Source: a virus
Lineage: Duplodnaviria > Caudoviricetes
Length of the DNA: 47,280 bases
Reading direction: 5' to 3' (one strand)
Virus record (IMG/VR): IMGVR_UViG_3300032225_001750
Span: 1 to 47,280 of that record
Shown here: positions 12,201 through 21,415 of the stretch, piece after piece
How positions within the stretch are numbered: the first letter of the stretch is position 1
How the letters are laid out: each line of letters begins with the position of its first letter
Position numbers and translations under genes: made by a program
Notes under the pieces: model-generated
Database searches by the model: none
What the model saw: the letters and a program-made list of their open reading frames with translations, nothing else
Told to the model about the DNA's origin: nothing

Positions 12201-15200
12201 CTAACACAATCATGTGTTCAAAGTTGGTAAATCTCAAATTGATATAACTTATGCTTTGTGTGGTCAGTGGTTCTATAGTAAAAGTATTGCCCAAGCGAAC
12301 GACATTTAATGAGCGAGTGGGTATTTCAGTTGAATTTTGATCCAGCAACAAGTTCTCGCTAGTCTCAGTTACAATACCATCCACTACTGCACCAAGGCGT
12401 GTGACTGTTAATCCCCCGGCCAGCGGATTCAAATTGATAATGGCATTGGTTCCCCAACCTTGTTGGCTCCAATACAAGAACTCATCAACCATTCTAGACC
12501 AGTCTAGAGTGTAACCGTTGGCTCGGTCAAGAAATGTCAGTCCTTGATTTTCTAATAGTTTGCCATAACTTAACAAGAAGTCGCTCACCGCAGTTTCATT
12601 AACAAATACAAATCCGTATGGTACTTGAACTACATTGGTTGAATAAAATGTTGGCACTCGTACAGTGATACCCCCCGAACTATATTCTTGCAGTTTACCT
12701 ACGGCTTGGCTTTGTAATATTTCAAAGTATGGTTGTGAGGTTCCGTATCCAAATACTGCGTAGCCCCCACCGTCAACTTTTTGTATTGCCACACTGCTGT
12801 ATTTGATTTGATCGAATGGCTGATTTTTATACAACAAAATGTTGTAACTTTCATCGGGAATTGTCAACGTGGTGTTTGTGCTGTTGGGGCTGGACTTTTC
12901 TGTAATCAACTTGATATATTGTTTGTCTGAATAACTGGCCATGCGATAGCAAAGTCTAACGTCTAGTGCTTTGAGATCAGCAGTCAATAGGTCAGTTGAG
13001 TTGATGCCAGTTTGTCTATTGTAGTCCACGATCCAGTTGATATAACTGGCTTTGCTGACACCATTACCATATACTTCGACGCCATTGGCATCTAGTCTAT
13101 AGCGGCCATTATAAAGATATTGGTTGTAGTCTGTGTCAAACTTGTATAAATTTCGATCGGCAAACAATGCAAAGAATTTTGCCGGGCGAGTAACTGCCAG
13201 CACATGCATTACTGAGAATGGATATGCAGAACTGTTCCACCAAGACGCTTCAACCGGGCCGCCATCGCCAATTGCCCAACTCTTTTGGTATCTAGCACTG
13301 ATGTTTTGATTGAAAGGCACTCCGCCTACCACGCTATCTCGTGGGCTTAACAATTCGCCTTCGCCGCCGGTGGGAATTACAGAAGTTAGTCCTGATCTTG
13401 CATACTTGGGTTTGTAATAAGGCACAACAGGATCAGCAACAAGACCTACGGCCAGGTCGTCCCATAACACCAAGTTGTCTGCGGTGTATGGTGCTGGGCC
13501 ATAACGATCTTGCCACCAGGTAGGTTCAACAGTCAGTCCCAGCATTTCCCAAGGAGTGTAACTGGGTTGTTGGGTGTCGTAGAAATAGCGATAGATACCG
13601 CGCCAGGCACCCAACAAGTTTTCGTTATTGAGTCTGTTAGTGGTGTTGCTATAGTTCCAAGTAAATTCATTTGTGGCACTAAACGTTTGAGATTTATAAT
13701 CTAGTTTGTTCCAGCCGCAATAACTCAACAAGTCCCCAGCAAATATATCATTAATTTCCGTAAAAGTGTATCCTGTGTCACGGAACTGGCCAGGCAATAC
13801 ATCTTCCACTGTGAGCGGCACAGGGTTGCCATCTTGTTTGATATTATTGTAAATTCTAGTTTCAAATTCCAACAACACTTGATCGCGAATGTCTCCAAAC
13901 ACCGGAGTCTCACTACCATCATGTCCAATAACAAACTCACCTGTTCCATTGCTGGTCACAAGTGTGGCTATCTCAGGTTGCCAAGCAGGATACAGGCCCA
14001 TCTTGCTGGGAGTGTTTGGTACAAAACTTCCGTAAGTGGCGCTGTACTCATTGATTGTGACTATGTCTCCAATGGTAAGAGTTGCACTGATTGTGATTCT
14101 TGGGCCGTTTGTGGCCACAACATAATCTCGATCGCGAGTGAGAATAACATCATTTAGATATACACAAAGTCCAAGATAGTTTGCTGAGGTATAATTGTAA
14201 ACTTGTACAGTATCAAATGTGTCACGAGTGGTTGGTCCCACCGTATAGGTATTACTATAAGAGGTAACACCCTGAGGAATCATATCGCTCCAATAGAACG
14301 GTTGGGTATCTAATTTTCCCAGTGTAATATCTGCTATGGCCTGATCAAGAATAGTAGCCGTGGTTTTAAATGCAATATTGTTTTGAGTCAGCACAGCATC
14401 TAACATTTGTGCTTTGAATTTAATATACTCACGACTGTTGTATTGCAATGACGCAAATATATTATAACCGGGACTGCGCATGAAATAACCAGCCAAAGTC
14501 AGCGGGCCACTTTGTTGTAAAATTTCCAATCCATAAGGAATAATATTGCCAAGATCACGACTGTTATTTGAACCGTTGATAGGCCCGGTCAAGTCTAATA
14601 AGTTTTCACAAATACTTTCATAATGAGTACGTATGGTACCTAAAGTAAACGCCGGACTGTTTGCATTAAGCGGATTGCTTTGCAAATTGCTTGGTACTTG
14701 ATAAAATCCCACGCTACTGGTTTGGTCGCTGAGTGCCAATACTTCAATAACATCCGTGGGCAAATAAGTATTGGTCAACGTAATAATTGTTCTGTCTGTG
14801 CCAACGGTATAGGTGTACATGCCAGGCTCAATGAATACACTACCAACATAAATTTTTATTACAGGTACTGCAATTGATGTTTGTGAATTCACTGCAATAT
14901 CGAGTTGTAGTGGTTGTCCTGTATAGGTAAACTTAAACTGTTGATAAATTTGCTGTTCAACCACAGCAGTCTGCCATCCTATCAATTTGTGATAAGTCAC
15001 ACGATCTTCGTACTCTCTTGCGGCACCTGAACTAATAGGAGTGGAGGTACTGACATTATCTATAGTATAGGTAAAGGTATCAACGTACAAGTTATTGTCA
15101 AACACAATATCACCAACGTTGTTGATGTTTAGATACTGCAATGGAAATTGCAAAACTGGATCAAGAATAGTAGTATCGCCCACAGCGTAACTGAATAACT

Positions 15201-17496
15201 TTGATCCTGCAAAGTCGCTGGATTGGTATTTTACTCGATTGCCAAAACTCACGCCGTCTGCATCGTATATGTTGAATAACGGTGCTTGTTGAACTGCTGT
15301 TTTTTGCTGTGCTTGAGTCCAGGCAGTGCCATCGAACCAAAATGTTTCGCCAGCATAGGTGTTACCGTAGACACAAACCGTACATTCATCAAGTTGAACT
15401 GCGCCATCTATGGCTTCGGTCAACACAATAATCGGTTGTGCAATTAACGGTGGTATAGTGTCAGGGGTAGCAAAACTTACTACATAGATTTTATCTCGTA
15501 CACTTAAATCTTGATCTGCGGCAAATATAACTCGAGAGCCTTCAACCAATGTGTATCCATCGGTGGTATAACCGGTAGAACCTTCTACATTTGAAAGTGC
15601 ATCGGTTTCGGTAAAGTCAATGATATCAACTGGTGCTTTACCTTGAGTGCCCATGTTCCAAAGACGAATATTAGGTCGGAACTGTATGATTGGTCGCTTG
15701 GCACGAAAATTGTTGTCAAGATTTACATTGGTGTTGTTGTATTCAGCAGTAGCATTGAGTACGCTGACATGAAACCAACGATTGCTTCTAGACCATGCAT
15801 TTAAATCTTGACTGGCACGACTAATCGTTAGATAATCCAAATCTGTTGGTTCTATAGCAATAGTACTATCATTGTAATCAGTCACATACGTTTCTGGTAT
15901 GACAAAATTTTCAACAGGTAGCAACTCAATGGCGGTACCAACGCCACTGACATAGTATTCGTGATTGCTAATGGCAATTGAATTCATAGTGCCTGTACCT
16001 GATTGCAACGTTACCGCTGGACCGTTGGGTACTGCACTTACTGTAAATTTAATACCATTGGCCGCAATTGATCTTACATAGTAAGTTGTCCCGGCTTCTA
16101 GCCCGCCAAGTGTTGGGGTTAAAAATACAACTGCTTGTCCCACATACAAATGTACAGCATCATAATAAGTGATATAGTTTGTACCGGCTTCGGTAGCGGT
16201 GCATTGAAAACTGCTAGTACCTGATTTATATCTAGCAGGAATTACATCGCCAGTAAATCTTACTTTAAGACCATTTGAAAATATCACACCATTGGGACTG
16301 GTATAGGTTGGTTGGCCGATGATAGTGTCAACATCAAGTACACTACTGTTCCCTGGTTCAATTAAAACAATGCGTCCAAAAATTTCTGAGTTTGTGCCAG
16401 ACTGATAGTACAATGTATCTTGAACTGCGCTCAACAGTGGAATACTACGAATAACTCCGGCCGCATCTTTGTACCATTGGGTATTGCTGTAGACTGTGCC
16501 GTAACTGGTAGTCCACTTTTCCAAACTATTGATAGTAGATAATTCTGCAATTTGCAGATAAATTACATCATCAACTGTGACGTAAGTTATTTGATATTGT
16601 TGTGTGAGTGCCGGATTGTTGATAAAAACCAACGTGCGATTGTTTAAATTGGTTGTTCCGTCAATGCCGCCGGTTGCAACAATAAAATCAAGCAAAGGTT
16701 GCCCGTTGATATCATTATAGGCCAATTCGGTCACTAAATCAATTGTACCAATACTGGTCAAAGTTTCATAGTAAAAACTTTGTGCTGTTTTAAGTGGTGC
16801 ATTAAAAAATACTGTGCCAGACGTTTCTCCATTGTTGGTCACGCCATACACATCTCTACTGCTGATGTTTGGAGTTGCTGGTATCTGCCCCGAAATGCCA
16901 GGAGCAGATTGTATCCAAAATTCATCAGTGACTTGGAAAGTATAACTTCCACCGCGCACCAATTCAATTGTGGGATTGTTGCCAATGACGCCAGAAAAAT
17001 TGTAAGCATTGTTGTTGGTACTGACTACAAAATTATCACTAGTAGCAATGCCAGTGGCAGCAACGTCCACAGCATCAGGGCCACCGGGTACCCAATAATA
17101 TTGACTGAAGTTTATAAAAGCATCAAAGTCAACAAACGGATCCCAGGTATAGTATTCGCTAGAATACAATCGATCAGGACGAGTACTGTTGCCACCTTGA
17201 AACCCCACAGCATCGTTCAGCCCAGGGTAGGTAATGGCGTTTTTGATAGTATTGGTATCAGGCACCAAACTAACAACACCTGGTTCCAATTGATATTCGG
17301 CTCGGGTTTTTGTGGGCTCGACCACATATTTGTCGTTGGGGTTTACACCAGGTCCCACTGTACGACCAATGAAGCCTTGCGTTTTTCTAAAGTTAGGTTC
17401 CTGGATCAGTTGATCAAGTGTGGCAGCCAAAAATTGTTTGTTGGCATCGGTTTGAAAAATTTCAGGAAGAAAATTTACGCTACGTGTGTTGGCCAT
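3298..17496 (-). CDS. Giant (~4732 aa) baseplate wedge / fibre-like structural protein
   Basis: Uninterrupted 14.2-kb ORF, ATG at 17496 overlapping the gp6 stop (TGATG). Contains seven FG-GAP-like repeats, three CBM5/12-like W..Y..G..V.Y....W/Y modules, GGSGY...P.V.I repeats and a YI.EVKPYH motif. Position next to gp6 suggests a gp7-like role (inference). Confidence 0.75.
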   Translation of the reverse strand: MANTRSVNFLPEIFQTDANKQFLAATLDQLIQEPNFRKTQGFIGRTVGPGVNPNDKYVVEPTKTRAEYQLEPGVVSLVPDTNTIKNAITYPGLNDAVGFQGGNSTRPDRLYSSEYYTWDPFVDFDAFINFSQYYWVPGGPDAVDVAATGIATSDNFVVSTNNNAYNFSGVIGNNPTIELVRGGSYTFQVTDEFWIQSAPGISGQIPATPNISSRDVYGVTNNGETSGTVFFNAPLKTAQSFYYETLTSIGTIDLVTELAYNDINGQPLLDFIVATGGIDGTTNLNNRTLVFINNPALTQQYQITYVTVDDVIYLQIAELSTINSLEKWTTSYGTVYSNTQWYKDAAGVIRSIPLLSAVQDTLYYQSGTNSEIFGRIVLIEPGNSSVLDVDTIIGQPTYTSPNGVIFSNGLKVRFTGDVIPARYKSGTSSFQCTATEAGTNYITYYDAVHLYVGQAVVFLTPTLGGLEAGTTYYVRSIAANGIKFTVSAVPNGPAVTLQSGTGTMNSIAISNHEYYVSGVGTAIELLPVENFVIPETYVTDYNDSTIAIEPTDLDYLTISRASQDLNAWSRSNRWFHVSVLNATAEYNNTNVNLDNNFRAKRPIIQFRPNIRLWNMGTQGKAPVDIIDFTETDALSNVEGSTGYTTDGYTLVEGSRVIFAADQDLSVRDKIYVVSFATPDTIPPLIAQPIIVLTEAIDGAVQLDECTVCVYGNTYAGETFWFDGTAWTQAQQKTAVQQAPLFNIYDADGVSFGNRVKYQSSDFAGSKLFSYAVGDTTILDPVLQFPLQYLNINNVGDIVFDNNLYVDTFTYTIDNVSTSTPISSGAAREYEDRVTYHKLIGWQTAVVEQQIYQQFKFTYTGQPLQLDIAVNSQTSIAVPVIKIYVGSVFIEPGMYTYTVGTDRTIITLTNTYLPTDVIEVLALSDQTSSVGFYQVPSNLQSNPLNANSPAFTLGTIRTHYESICENLLDLTGPINGSNNSRDLGNIIPYGLEILQQSGPLTLAGYFMRSPGYNIFASLQYNSREYIKFKAQMLDAVLTQNNIAFKTTATILDQAIADITLGKLDTQPFYWSDMIPQGVTSYSNTYTVGPTTRDTFDTVQVYNYTSANYLGLCVYLNDVILTRDRDYVVATNGPRITISATLTIGDIVTINEYSATYGSFVPNTPSKMGLYPAWQPEIATLVTSNGTGEFVIGHDGSETPVFGDIRDQVLLEFETRIYNNIKQDGNPVPLTVEDVLPGQFRDTGYTFTEINDIFAGDLLSYCGWNKLDYKSQTFSATNEFTWNYSNTTNRLNNENLLGAWRGIYRYFYDTQQPSYTPWEMLGLTVEPTWWQDRYGPAPYTADNLVLWDDLAVGLVADPVVPYYKPKYARSGLTSVIPTGGEGELLSPRDSVVGGVPFNQNISARYQKSWAIGDGGPVEASWWNSSAYPFSVMHVLAVTRPAKFFALFADRNLYKFDTDYNQYLYNGRYRLDANGVEVYGNGVSKASYINWIVDYNRQTGINSTDLLTADLKALDVRLCYRMASYSDKQYIKLITEKSSPNSTNTTLTIPDESYNILLYKNQPFDQIKYSSVAIQKVDGGGYAVFGYGTSQPYFEILQSQAVGKLQEYSSGGITVRVPTFYSTNVVQVPYGFVFVNETAVSDFLLSYGKLLENQGLTFLDRANGYTLDWSRMVDEFLYWSQQGWGTNAIINLNPLAGGLTVTRLGAVVDGIVTETSENLLLDQNSTEIPTRSLNVVRLGNTFTIEPLTTQSISYINLRFTNFEHMIVLDNQSVFGDLIYNPVTGARQNRLTLVAVTTSDWNGSVDTPGFILNQNNVQEWTGLKTYPKGEIVKYKNVYWQALTIVQPSAKFDFNVWAQSNYNQIELGLLPNLANKADQLMNSYNINTANIETDNDLLAYGLIGFKPRQYLAALNLDDVSQVNVYRQFLGTKGTILSAELFKAANLGKEAADYSIYENWAVQRAVYGANANRSFFELRLNRALLSSNPSLVQVIVPQQQSEADQTIFLTDVWRSSYKLTSTAILPTTTELPTDTGLPSAGYVSLNDTDITVFDITNTASLAANIDKIEVGTSIWVAKINDYDWGIYRAQAVPGQIQHVCDNLNGTSRVIFNDHHNLAVGDKLIIKFFDTEINGVYQVLSVPSLDTVNIAFTFVSNRSVANGTGIGFTLQTMRVAQASDVDTLPYALNILPGAKVWVDDNGDGLWEVLQKNNVFSTITSLSPVLLDASEQYGASVSQARNKIAALVGSPRYGFASGTAKGAVYVYVKGYSDQYTPVSPLGTGDAILTLDATGVRGYGNAVDFGNQTWAVAGASASLGSAGQADNGYACVIYRDPALGVPGSIPYGQSQLLTQPAGYGTLLTGAGEFGYSVAMSLDERWMYIGAPGLNSVHAYGYVDWQEQIIRTTADGSTQSFNINNTIQINNKYQLKVTLNGQVQTVDVDYTVNSNFSTVKLTNNPGVATAGSFVSGQTYTILSVGTTNFVAIGASSNTVGVEFIATGVGSGTGTALASTLIEFARYNSFQIPYTATTYNLDNAINADGRRVGLFTATNIYSFSIKVNEVLLRPNIDYTFAGTTVTFTGSYGVSDIIVVSAKGYFEYVNTIDSGMVTGGLSAGDRFGHSVSCTTDGRQVLIGTPDRTINGKVQAGAVYIFDRNVQKFIYGTDPSSVSFTVLGGTPPAPVSVIVNNQFYINQTNSVINAPDSFTVSGDTVTILGDLQIGDIVEIETNQFQQVQEVDQHVIAEFSNFGQAVDICANNCSLYVGEPQSSQQIFKGGVVERFVNQSRIYGTITATVANPSLTAGNTIRINNIDVEVPVAATLASLASAINSAVPNVLATVSTTGYLTVSVKNSVAAAPFNKVQVAPGTVGTTFADLGFKTFAWTQTITSPYPVQYAAFGSAISINDSAVNLVVGAPQGTIYLETVFDDGTTIFDAGSTTFFSVIVQSGAIYTFDYLPSSSLTITNPGKFVFGQQVNNSQIGSYDTFGAAVNYTSGVLMAGAPKNDAGDSDANFGAVFVFENPSDSPAWSVAQIQQPTVDIRLLNSVFLYDRITSARTEFLDFINPLQGKILGASRANIDYIGAVDPASYNTGPTNIIGTTWFADHVGQIWWDISTVRFIDPNQDSIVYASRRWAQLFPGSEVDVYQWVQSTTPPTSYTGEGIPLNTASYTVNTNLSQDGTFATYYYFWVRGITVTATQLGKTLPASTVASYIADPKASGIPYMAPINASTIALYNSADYISASDTVISIEYDREYTDDNVHVEYELIPQDRADGFLSDGLYRKLQDSFCGVDTFGNKVPDPNLGPAERYGVQFRPRQSMFVDRFAALKNYLKRVNAVLAQYPISESRSFTLLNSNEPIPSQTQIVNNVTVTNWNLQVANLEILGFQTPFWSNPSGSIPLGYKYLVTTDSSQRGLWTIYTVVESDTTPGTRALKLTRVQGYNTPDYWSYINWYLPGYNSSTTVVAEVPTYSALATLTVAVGSSAKVTANAQGKFEIYLKTVLGWDRVGLQDGTIEFSADLWDYAVGRFGFDVEVFDAQYFDQEPVTETRKIIQAINEELLIDDLAIQRNKALVLMFNFVLSEFSAPEWLVKTSLIDVDHRIRQLIPYQNYVRDNQEFVSDYIQEVKPYHVSVREFNLKYNGFDEFFGDLTDFDLPAYYNTSLAVPEFTSPILLPYDHGTAFNSTTNAQSDLPATSPVWSTWPYNQWYSNYLLVLDSVEIIDGGSGYTEPPVVVITGDALTPAEATAVISSLGRVVAVNVTNSGSGYSQTPTITFDGGNGTEARAYARMTNNLVRSFRTVIKYDRFQYFSDVLTWNPNGTYLSGMLVRYENRVWIATPADSSGAPIMGPTFNLEDWTLVPARSLTGVDRTMGYYVPGVNQPGLELPLLIDGVDYPGVQVYGDYFLNNLLSVDTNYSSAFTDVTLGTLPTDINVDGGEFIGLYEGHAPEELINGAEFDTLDFRVYTRPGADWNRDGHGFQWSSVRYTYNPAIETAYSWAGITNHPVQVLISDITTGGDLALGTNYTIDWVNQTVSLILTPPAVNLGDQFQINVFELGGGSQLYRANYIGSDIGETVVIPVGSTEITSIAVFVNGENVDSVTWTPYVASTDWNILDSYSKLAVVNNGGNYYRALQDVPIGVNITNALYWFEFVPTLQSLVDFGTDYGATDGIAMVVFGTNTINAGNFVIGKSYTITAVGSTSWTSIGAASNTLGVTFTATGIGSGTGQASTVYSWSTPQVQYQVADSNLVTSKIIYLTNSVQGTNPANLVVTRNGLRLQPPEGIEWIGDDSSVSFGLPQRGGYSQSTIYAPTDITVWIDNILQTQSVGPTTGNYSVTAWTGSNTPGRQVVFTTPPTSGARILIAVSTAAGYRVVANQLQISSAVVLNDLFAVTTWNDTAQLWPLTLVFKGPVTDSVTVTEGYDSTNYSYPDTANNAPGAFDYSSGTTIYVNNFYLERSINSASRLWVTLNGYRLFEGLDYTVSGDYLILASGVIGVSDVLVVEAFTNSVVPEAMAFRIFQDMRGIQATYRITEVTTTTLTQDLSGTANIAYVANAQALSAPDLAAGIFGIVTIDGERIMYRERDTVANTISGLIRGTAGTGAADHSVGANVYDMGRGNLLPTQFQNYIVSDSSMGDASTTIFYAPSIVIADFADSAVETDAIEVYVGGIRQYAASDTTADSTYRWFVTDFDPLAVEFDIAPAAGSEVTILVRQGVTWYAPGDGTASNGVALQDTQTQAARFLRGL

Positions 17497-20400
17497 CAAA
17501 CTACTCCGCTACCAGGTGCGGTACGCAAGTTGGTACTGGTCAATGCTTCAATCACTTCAATGTTGTTGATTGTAGCACCGTTGACAAAAATTTCATTTGG
17601 TGCTGAACGTATTTCGTACAAGTCGCCAAAGTACTTTTGACTGTTGAGTGGTACCAGCACCACTGAACTGATAATTGTTCCAAGTTCTCTATGCAAGTAT
17701 GCTGCCAGTTCTGAGAAGTAGAATGTGTCACCAAAGTTCCATTTGTCAATACTGAAGTATGAGTTCATGGAAGCAACAACACTACTCTTGATTTCGCTGG
17801 TGCTGGCAGTGGATCCTTGCGCACGAATCACTTTGATTGTGGCACGTAATTCTTGTGCGGCCTTTTGACCAAACAAAGGTTTGAACACAACTGAATTCAA
17901 AATAATATTATCGCTGATCATTTTGTAATTTTGTAAGCCTTGGTACTCAGTTGACAACTGATCAATGGTTGGTACATCGGGTTCAGCCACAGTTCCTGTG
18001 GTATCGCGAATCCAGTTTTGATAGGCAGTATAATAACTCAAGGTCACAACATACAAATCAATAATGTTGGTTGTGCCTGGATCAATGCGTGTGGTCAATG
18101 GAGCATTGTGACGATATTGGTAGTACAATGCCTGACGTCCAGTTCTAGCGATCCATTCGCTGGTGACATCAACCAGCGTTCTTGCTCCTGTGACACTGAT
18201 TGACAATTGATAGAATGCACTTTGCTCATAGGCATAGAATACTTGTCCTGGTGTCCAAGCGGTTTTTTGTAATTCAATTTCATCGTAGGTGCCATAGTCA
18301 CTTACGACCACATCAGGCTCCACCAACAAATATCTTTGCAGGTTATCAAAATCCACTGTTTTTTGCAAGTAAACATACTTTTGTGTAGAGTTGGTATCAG
18401 GTGCAACAATTTCTTTGAAGAAGTCTGGATTGTCTGGTACACCATCATTATCACTATCGCGATATCCTACCAAGACTTGGAAGTCATCAACATAGCCATC
18501 ACTTTCAACTGGCTGCCCAGTAATGGTCATAGTGATGTCTCCAGGCAAGTGATCTGTTGAGTCGGGCTTGGTATTGACTGCCAACACATTGATAAAATCT
18601 TTGATCACTGTGCCAGTGCGACTGTCGTAAATTTGTCCACCATCATAGTAGAAGAAACGTGTTTGTAACACCGATCCAAAGTAATAGGCCAAGCCACGGA
18701 AAGTAGATGTGTAGTTTTGGTTTTGCACCACAAACTGTATCAACCATGACGCATCCAAGTTGGCACCCGATGTGTTGCCAGCATACTGCTGGCTCCAGGT
18801 ACTATCTTGTGCCAAGTTGGTACTGGTAATTAGATACCATGAATCGGGTTTGCCGGTGATGTCACCGTTGTTGTCGTATCCCAGGCCAAAGTTGCGATTC
18901 AACAAGATTTGTTCAGCAATGCTCTGTTCAATTGAAACTGGCAAGTCAGTAACAAACAGCGGAATAATTGTGTCAACTATGGCACCTGTGGGCACAAAGT
19001 TGTTGAGTGCAACAGGACCTGCACCCGAAGGAAGATTACCAAGACCGTTGTTGTATCCTGAACCCACAATGCTGATGGGACTGGCCCAGATTTCTAACTT
19101 TTGATCTGCTGAAGTTGGTAACCCTTGTTGTAGTTTATTATTACGATCAAAATAGTAACCCACAGGAGGTACAAATTTAATCAAACTGCCCACTACTACA
19201 TATTTGAATGCTGTGGTTGTGGTGGTTCCTACCGGGATTGGTGATCCTGTGGGCCAGGTGGTTGAATAAACTGCATTTTTAAAATAGCCAGTTGTTTCGT
19301 TTGCTAGTGTAGTGCTTTGAGTCCATGAAGCACCTGTCACCCATGTGGTGCCACCATATGTGGGCAATGTGGTAGCAGTGACTCTAGGAAAGTTTTCATA
19401 GTAAAACTGACGCATGGTAGTTTGTGCAATAGCCGGTTGTACCTGGTTGCCAACAAAGTCAGCAATCTCATTGCGATTGGTATATGAGAACAATATAGTG
19501 GGAAGAATGTTCTGTTCCCATAATCCGCCATCACTACCAAATGTGTTTGTGCTAGAGTATTTGCCGGTGTTGTCCACCAGGTCAAGATAGCGGCTTGTAC
19601 CAATCGATGCACGGTTCAGTGCCTTGCTTTTGACAATTGAATTGTATTGGGTGTATGGAAAGAGATTGTAGTCTTCACCGTTGACCATACGGTCTTGTGT
19701 GTAGTAACGTGCAGGAGCACGTTGCTTGATAGCATCAATAGATTCACGTGCTTGGCTGTTGCTAACAGGTTGTGTGATACCACAAGTGAATGTGAGTGTT
19801 TCAAGATTGCCTGAGCGACTGATGTAACTGATTGGAATTTGCACTGCCTGCATTTCTGCAGGATTGATAATGTACTGCAATCCATTGCTTGCACGAACAT
19901 AGGCACGGAACGTACCTACAGGAATTTCTGAGAACACACCATCACCAAATACCATAGTGATCTGATCATTAGTACGACTTGTCACACTATAGATAGGGCG
20001 CAAGTCTGTGGCCACTTGTTCTGCACCAGCAGAGTAAATGTTTTCTGTATATGCCCATTCGCGACTGACATTACCAACGTTGTCTAACTGGAACAACCAG
20101 CGGTCTTCGTTATTGACACCCTCGATGTTGATGTTCACCGTGCGATTGCTGACTTTTTCTGCCAAGTTGAAATCTTGATTTTGTAGCACGCCTTGCTTGA
20201 ACATAAAAAAGTAGCCGGTGTTGGCTGACTGAAATCCCAAACTGTCGTTACGGAACAAGATGTTAAACGGTTGGTTGGCTCGTGGTGGTGGCTCATACAA
20301 ATAAGTTGCACCTGCTGAAGTTGATGTCATGGCCTCAAATGGCATGTTGACACCGTCCACGGTGGCCGTGTATGGCACAATTGGCAAGTAACCGGGCACA

Positions 20401-20972
20401 AGATTAATGCCATATTCGCTGGTGCTCACGCCCAAGATAGTCTGCTTGTTGCCCGGACGACCAATTTTTTGTGTGTCTACCAAACTGGCATTGATAATTG
20501 TGGTGAACTGTTCTTGCCAATCGGGGTTGGTTTGATCGGCCCAGTTCACTGTGTAATTTGCTAGGTTTACACCTTGGTAGTCCACAACATTTTCTGTTGT
20601 GGTAACTGAAAATACTTTGAGCAAGCCCTGTGCGGCAATATTGCGTTTGGCTGTGTAACTGATTAAATTTGCCAGGCGCACTACACTATCACGACGTTCT
20701 GCCGTGTCCATGTAGTTTTCGCGAGTGTTTAAATCTGTACGGAATGCCAGCGCCTGGCCCATGAACGCAATAACGTCCAGCAAGGCAATGTATTCTGATG
20801 ATTCAATGTAGTCGTTGAACGTTTCTGGATAATACAAGCGCAGGTAATCAACAAAACTTTTGCGCAGAGTTTCAAAATCATAACTTTGAAAGTCGGCTTC
20901 GCGATAGGTTTGATAGATTTGTTTCCAATCCTGTACACCAAATATCGCCGTTTGTCTAGTTGTTTTTGCCAT
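17496..20972 (-). CDS. gp6: Baseplate wedge subunit, T4 gp6-like
   Basis: 1158 aa. DFETLR..F.DY..SS...LLD..A...N.RE...TA.RRDSV..LA.L..Y..KR, FGDG.F..IP and ES...IK..AP..Y..Q.R.V..EDY motifs of the gp6/baseplate J family. Confidence 0.85.
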   Translation of the reverse strand: MAKTTRQTAIFGVQDWKQIYQTYREADFQSYDFETLRKSFVDYLRLYYPETFNDYIESSEYIALLDVIAFMGQALAFRTDLNTRENYMDTAERRDSVVRLANLISYTAKRNIAAQGLLKVFSVTTTENVVDYQGVNLANYTVNWADQTNPDWQEQFTTIINASLVDTQKIGRPGNKQTILGVSTSEYGINLVPGYLPIVPYTATVDGVNMPFEAMTSTSAGATYLYEPPPRANQPFNILFRNDSLGFQSANTGYFFMFKQGVLQNQDFNLAEKVSNRTVNINIEGVNNEDRWLFQLDNVGNVSREWAYTENIYSAGAEQVATDLRPIYSVTSRTNDQITMVFGDGVFSEIPVGTFRAYVRASNGLQYIINPAEMQAVQIPISYISRSGNLETLTFTCGITQPVSNSQARESIDAIKQRAPARYYTQDRMVNGEDYNLFPYTQYNSIVKSKALNRASIGTSRYLDLVDNTGKYSSTNTFGSDGGLWEQNILPTILFSYTNRNEIADFVGNQVQPAIAQTTMRQFYYENFPRVTATTLPTYGGTTWVTGASWTQSTTLANETTGYFKNAVYSTTWPTGSPIPVGTTTTTAFKYVVVGSLIKFVPPVGYYFDRNNKLQQGLPTSADQKLEIWASPISIVGSGYNNGLGNLPSGAGPVALNNFVPTGAIVDTIIPLFVTDLPVSIEQSIAEQILLNRNFGLGYDNNGDITGKPDSWYLITSTNLAQDSTWSQQYAGNTSGANLDASWLIQFVVQNQNYTSTFRGLAYYFGSVLQTRFFYYDGGQIYDSRTGTVIKDFINVLAVNTKPDSTDHLPGDITMTITGQPVESDGYVDDFQVLVGYRDSDNDGVPDNPDFFKEIVAPDTNSTQKYVYLQKTVDFDNLQRYLLVEPDVVVSDYGTYDEIELQKTAWTPGQVFYAYEQSAFYQLSISVTGARTLVDVTSEWIARTGRQALYYQYRHNAPLTTRIDPGTTNIIDLYVVTLSYYTAYQNWIRDTTGTVAEPDVPTIDQLSTEYQGLQNYKMISDNIILNSVVFKPLFGQKAAQELRATIKVIRAQGSTASTSEIKSSVVASMNSYFSIDKWNFGDTFYFSELAAYLHRELGTIISSVVLVPLNSQKYFGDLYEIRSAPNEIFVNGATINNIEVIEALTSTNLRTAPGSGVV

Positions 20973-20992
20973 TATACTGAGCCTCTATTGTT

Positions 20993-21000
20993 TATTTATT
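20993..21000 (-). promoter_or_regulatory. Late promoter-like AATAAATA
   Basis: TAAATA core 20 nt upstream of the gp6-like ATG. Confidence 0.55.
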
Positions 21001-21020
21001 GATATTAAAAACGGCTTAGT

Positions 21021-21398
21021 TTATACGTAAGACGCCGAACGTTGTTGTAAGTCAAAGAAAATACTCAGTCTTTGTGCATCTGTACTGGGTACTACCGCAA
21101 GTTGAATTTCAATCAATATGCCATTTTCTTGTGGGTACACCTGTGTGTCGCTGATGTAGATACGCGGATCGCCGCCGGCCACACGCTGTACTTCTGTTAC
21201 TATGTTGTTTTGCAATTCTTCCAATTGATTTTCAAACAAGAAGTCCCACAACGTGGTACCGTACGCAGGACGACCGGGCAGTTGTCCCTGGCGTATGTTA
21301 AAGGCGTTTAAGAGGTCACGTTTGACCAGTGCAAAGTCCGTGAGCGTGAACTTTTTGTATTGATTTTGTGTATTGAAGCCAATGAATGTTTGTGCCAT
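21021..21398 (-). CDS. gp25: Baseplate wedge subunit, gp25/GPW-like
   Basis: 125 aa. D..LVK.DLLN.F..R.G....P.YG..LWD.LFE....DPR is the gp25 family pattern. Adjacent to gp6. Confidence 0.85.
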   Translation of the reverse strand: MAQTFIGFNTQNQYKKFTLTDFALVKRDLLNAFNIRQGQLPGRPAYGTTLWDFLFENQLEELQNNIVTEVQRVAGGDPRIYISDTQVYPQENGILIEIQLAVVPSTDAQRLSIFFDLQQRSASYV

Positions 21399-21402
21399 AT
21401 GG

Positions 21403-21410
21403 TATTTATG
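21403..21410 (-). promoter_or_regulatory. Late promoter-like CATAAATA
   Basis: TAAATA core only 4 nt upstream of the gp25-like ATG. Confidence 0.6.
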
Positions 21411-21415
21411 GGTGC

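Noticed and set aside
16780-17640. 286-aa ORF on the + strand
   Set aside because: It lies antisense to the giant protein and gp6 genes, has no recognisable motifs or RBS, and is best explained as a shadow ORF of biased codon usage.
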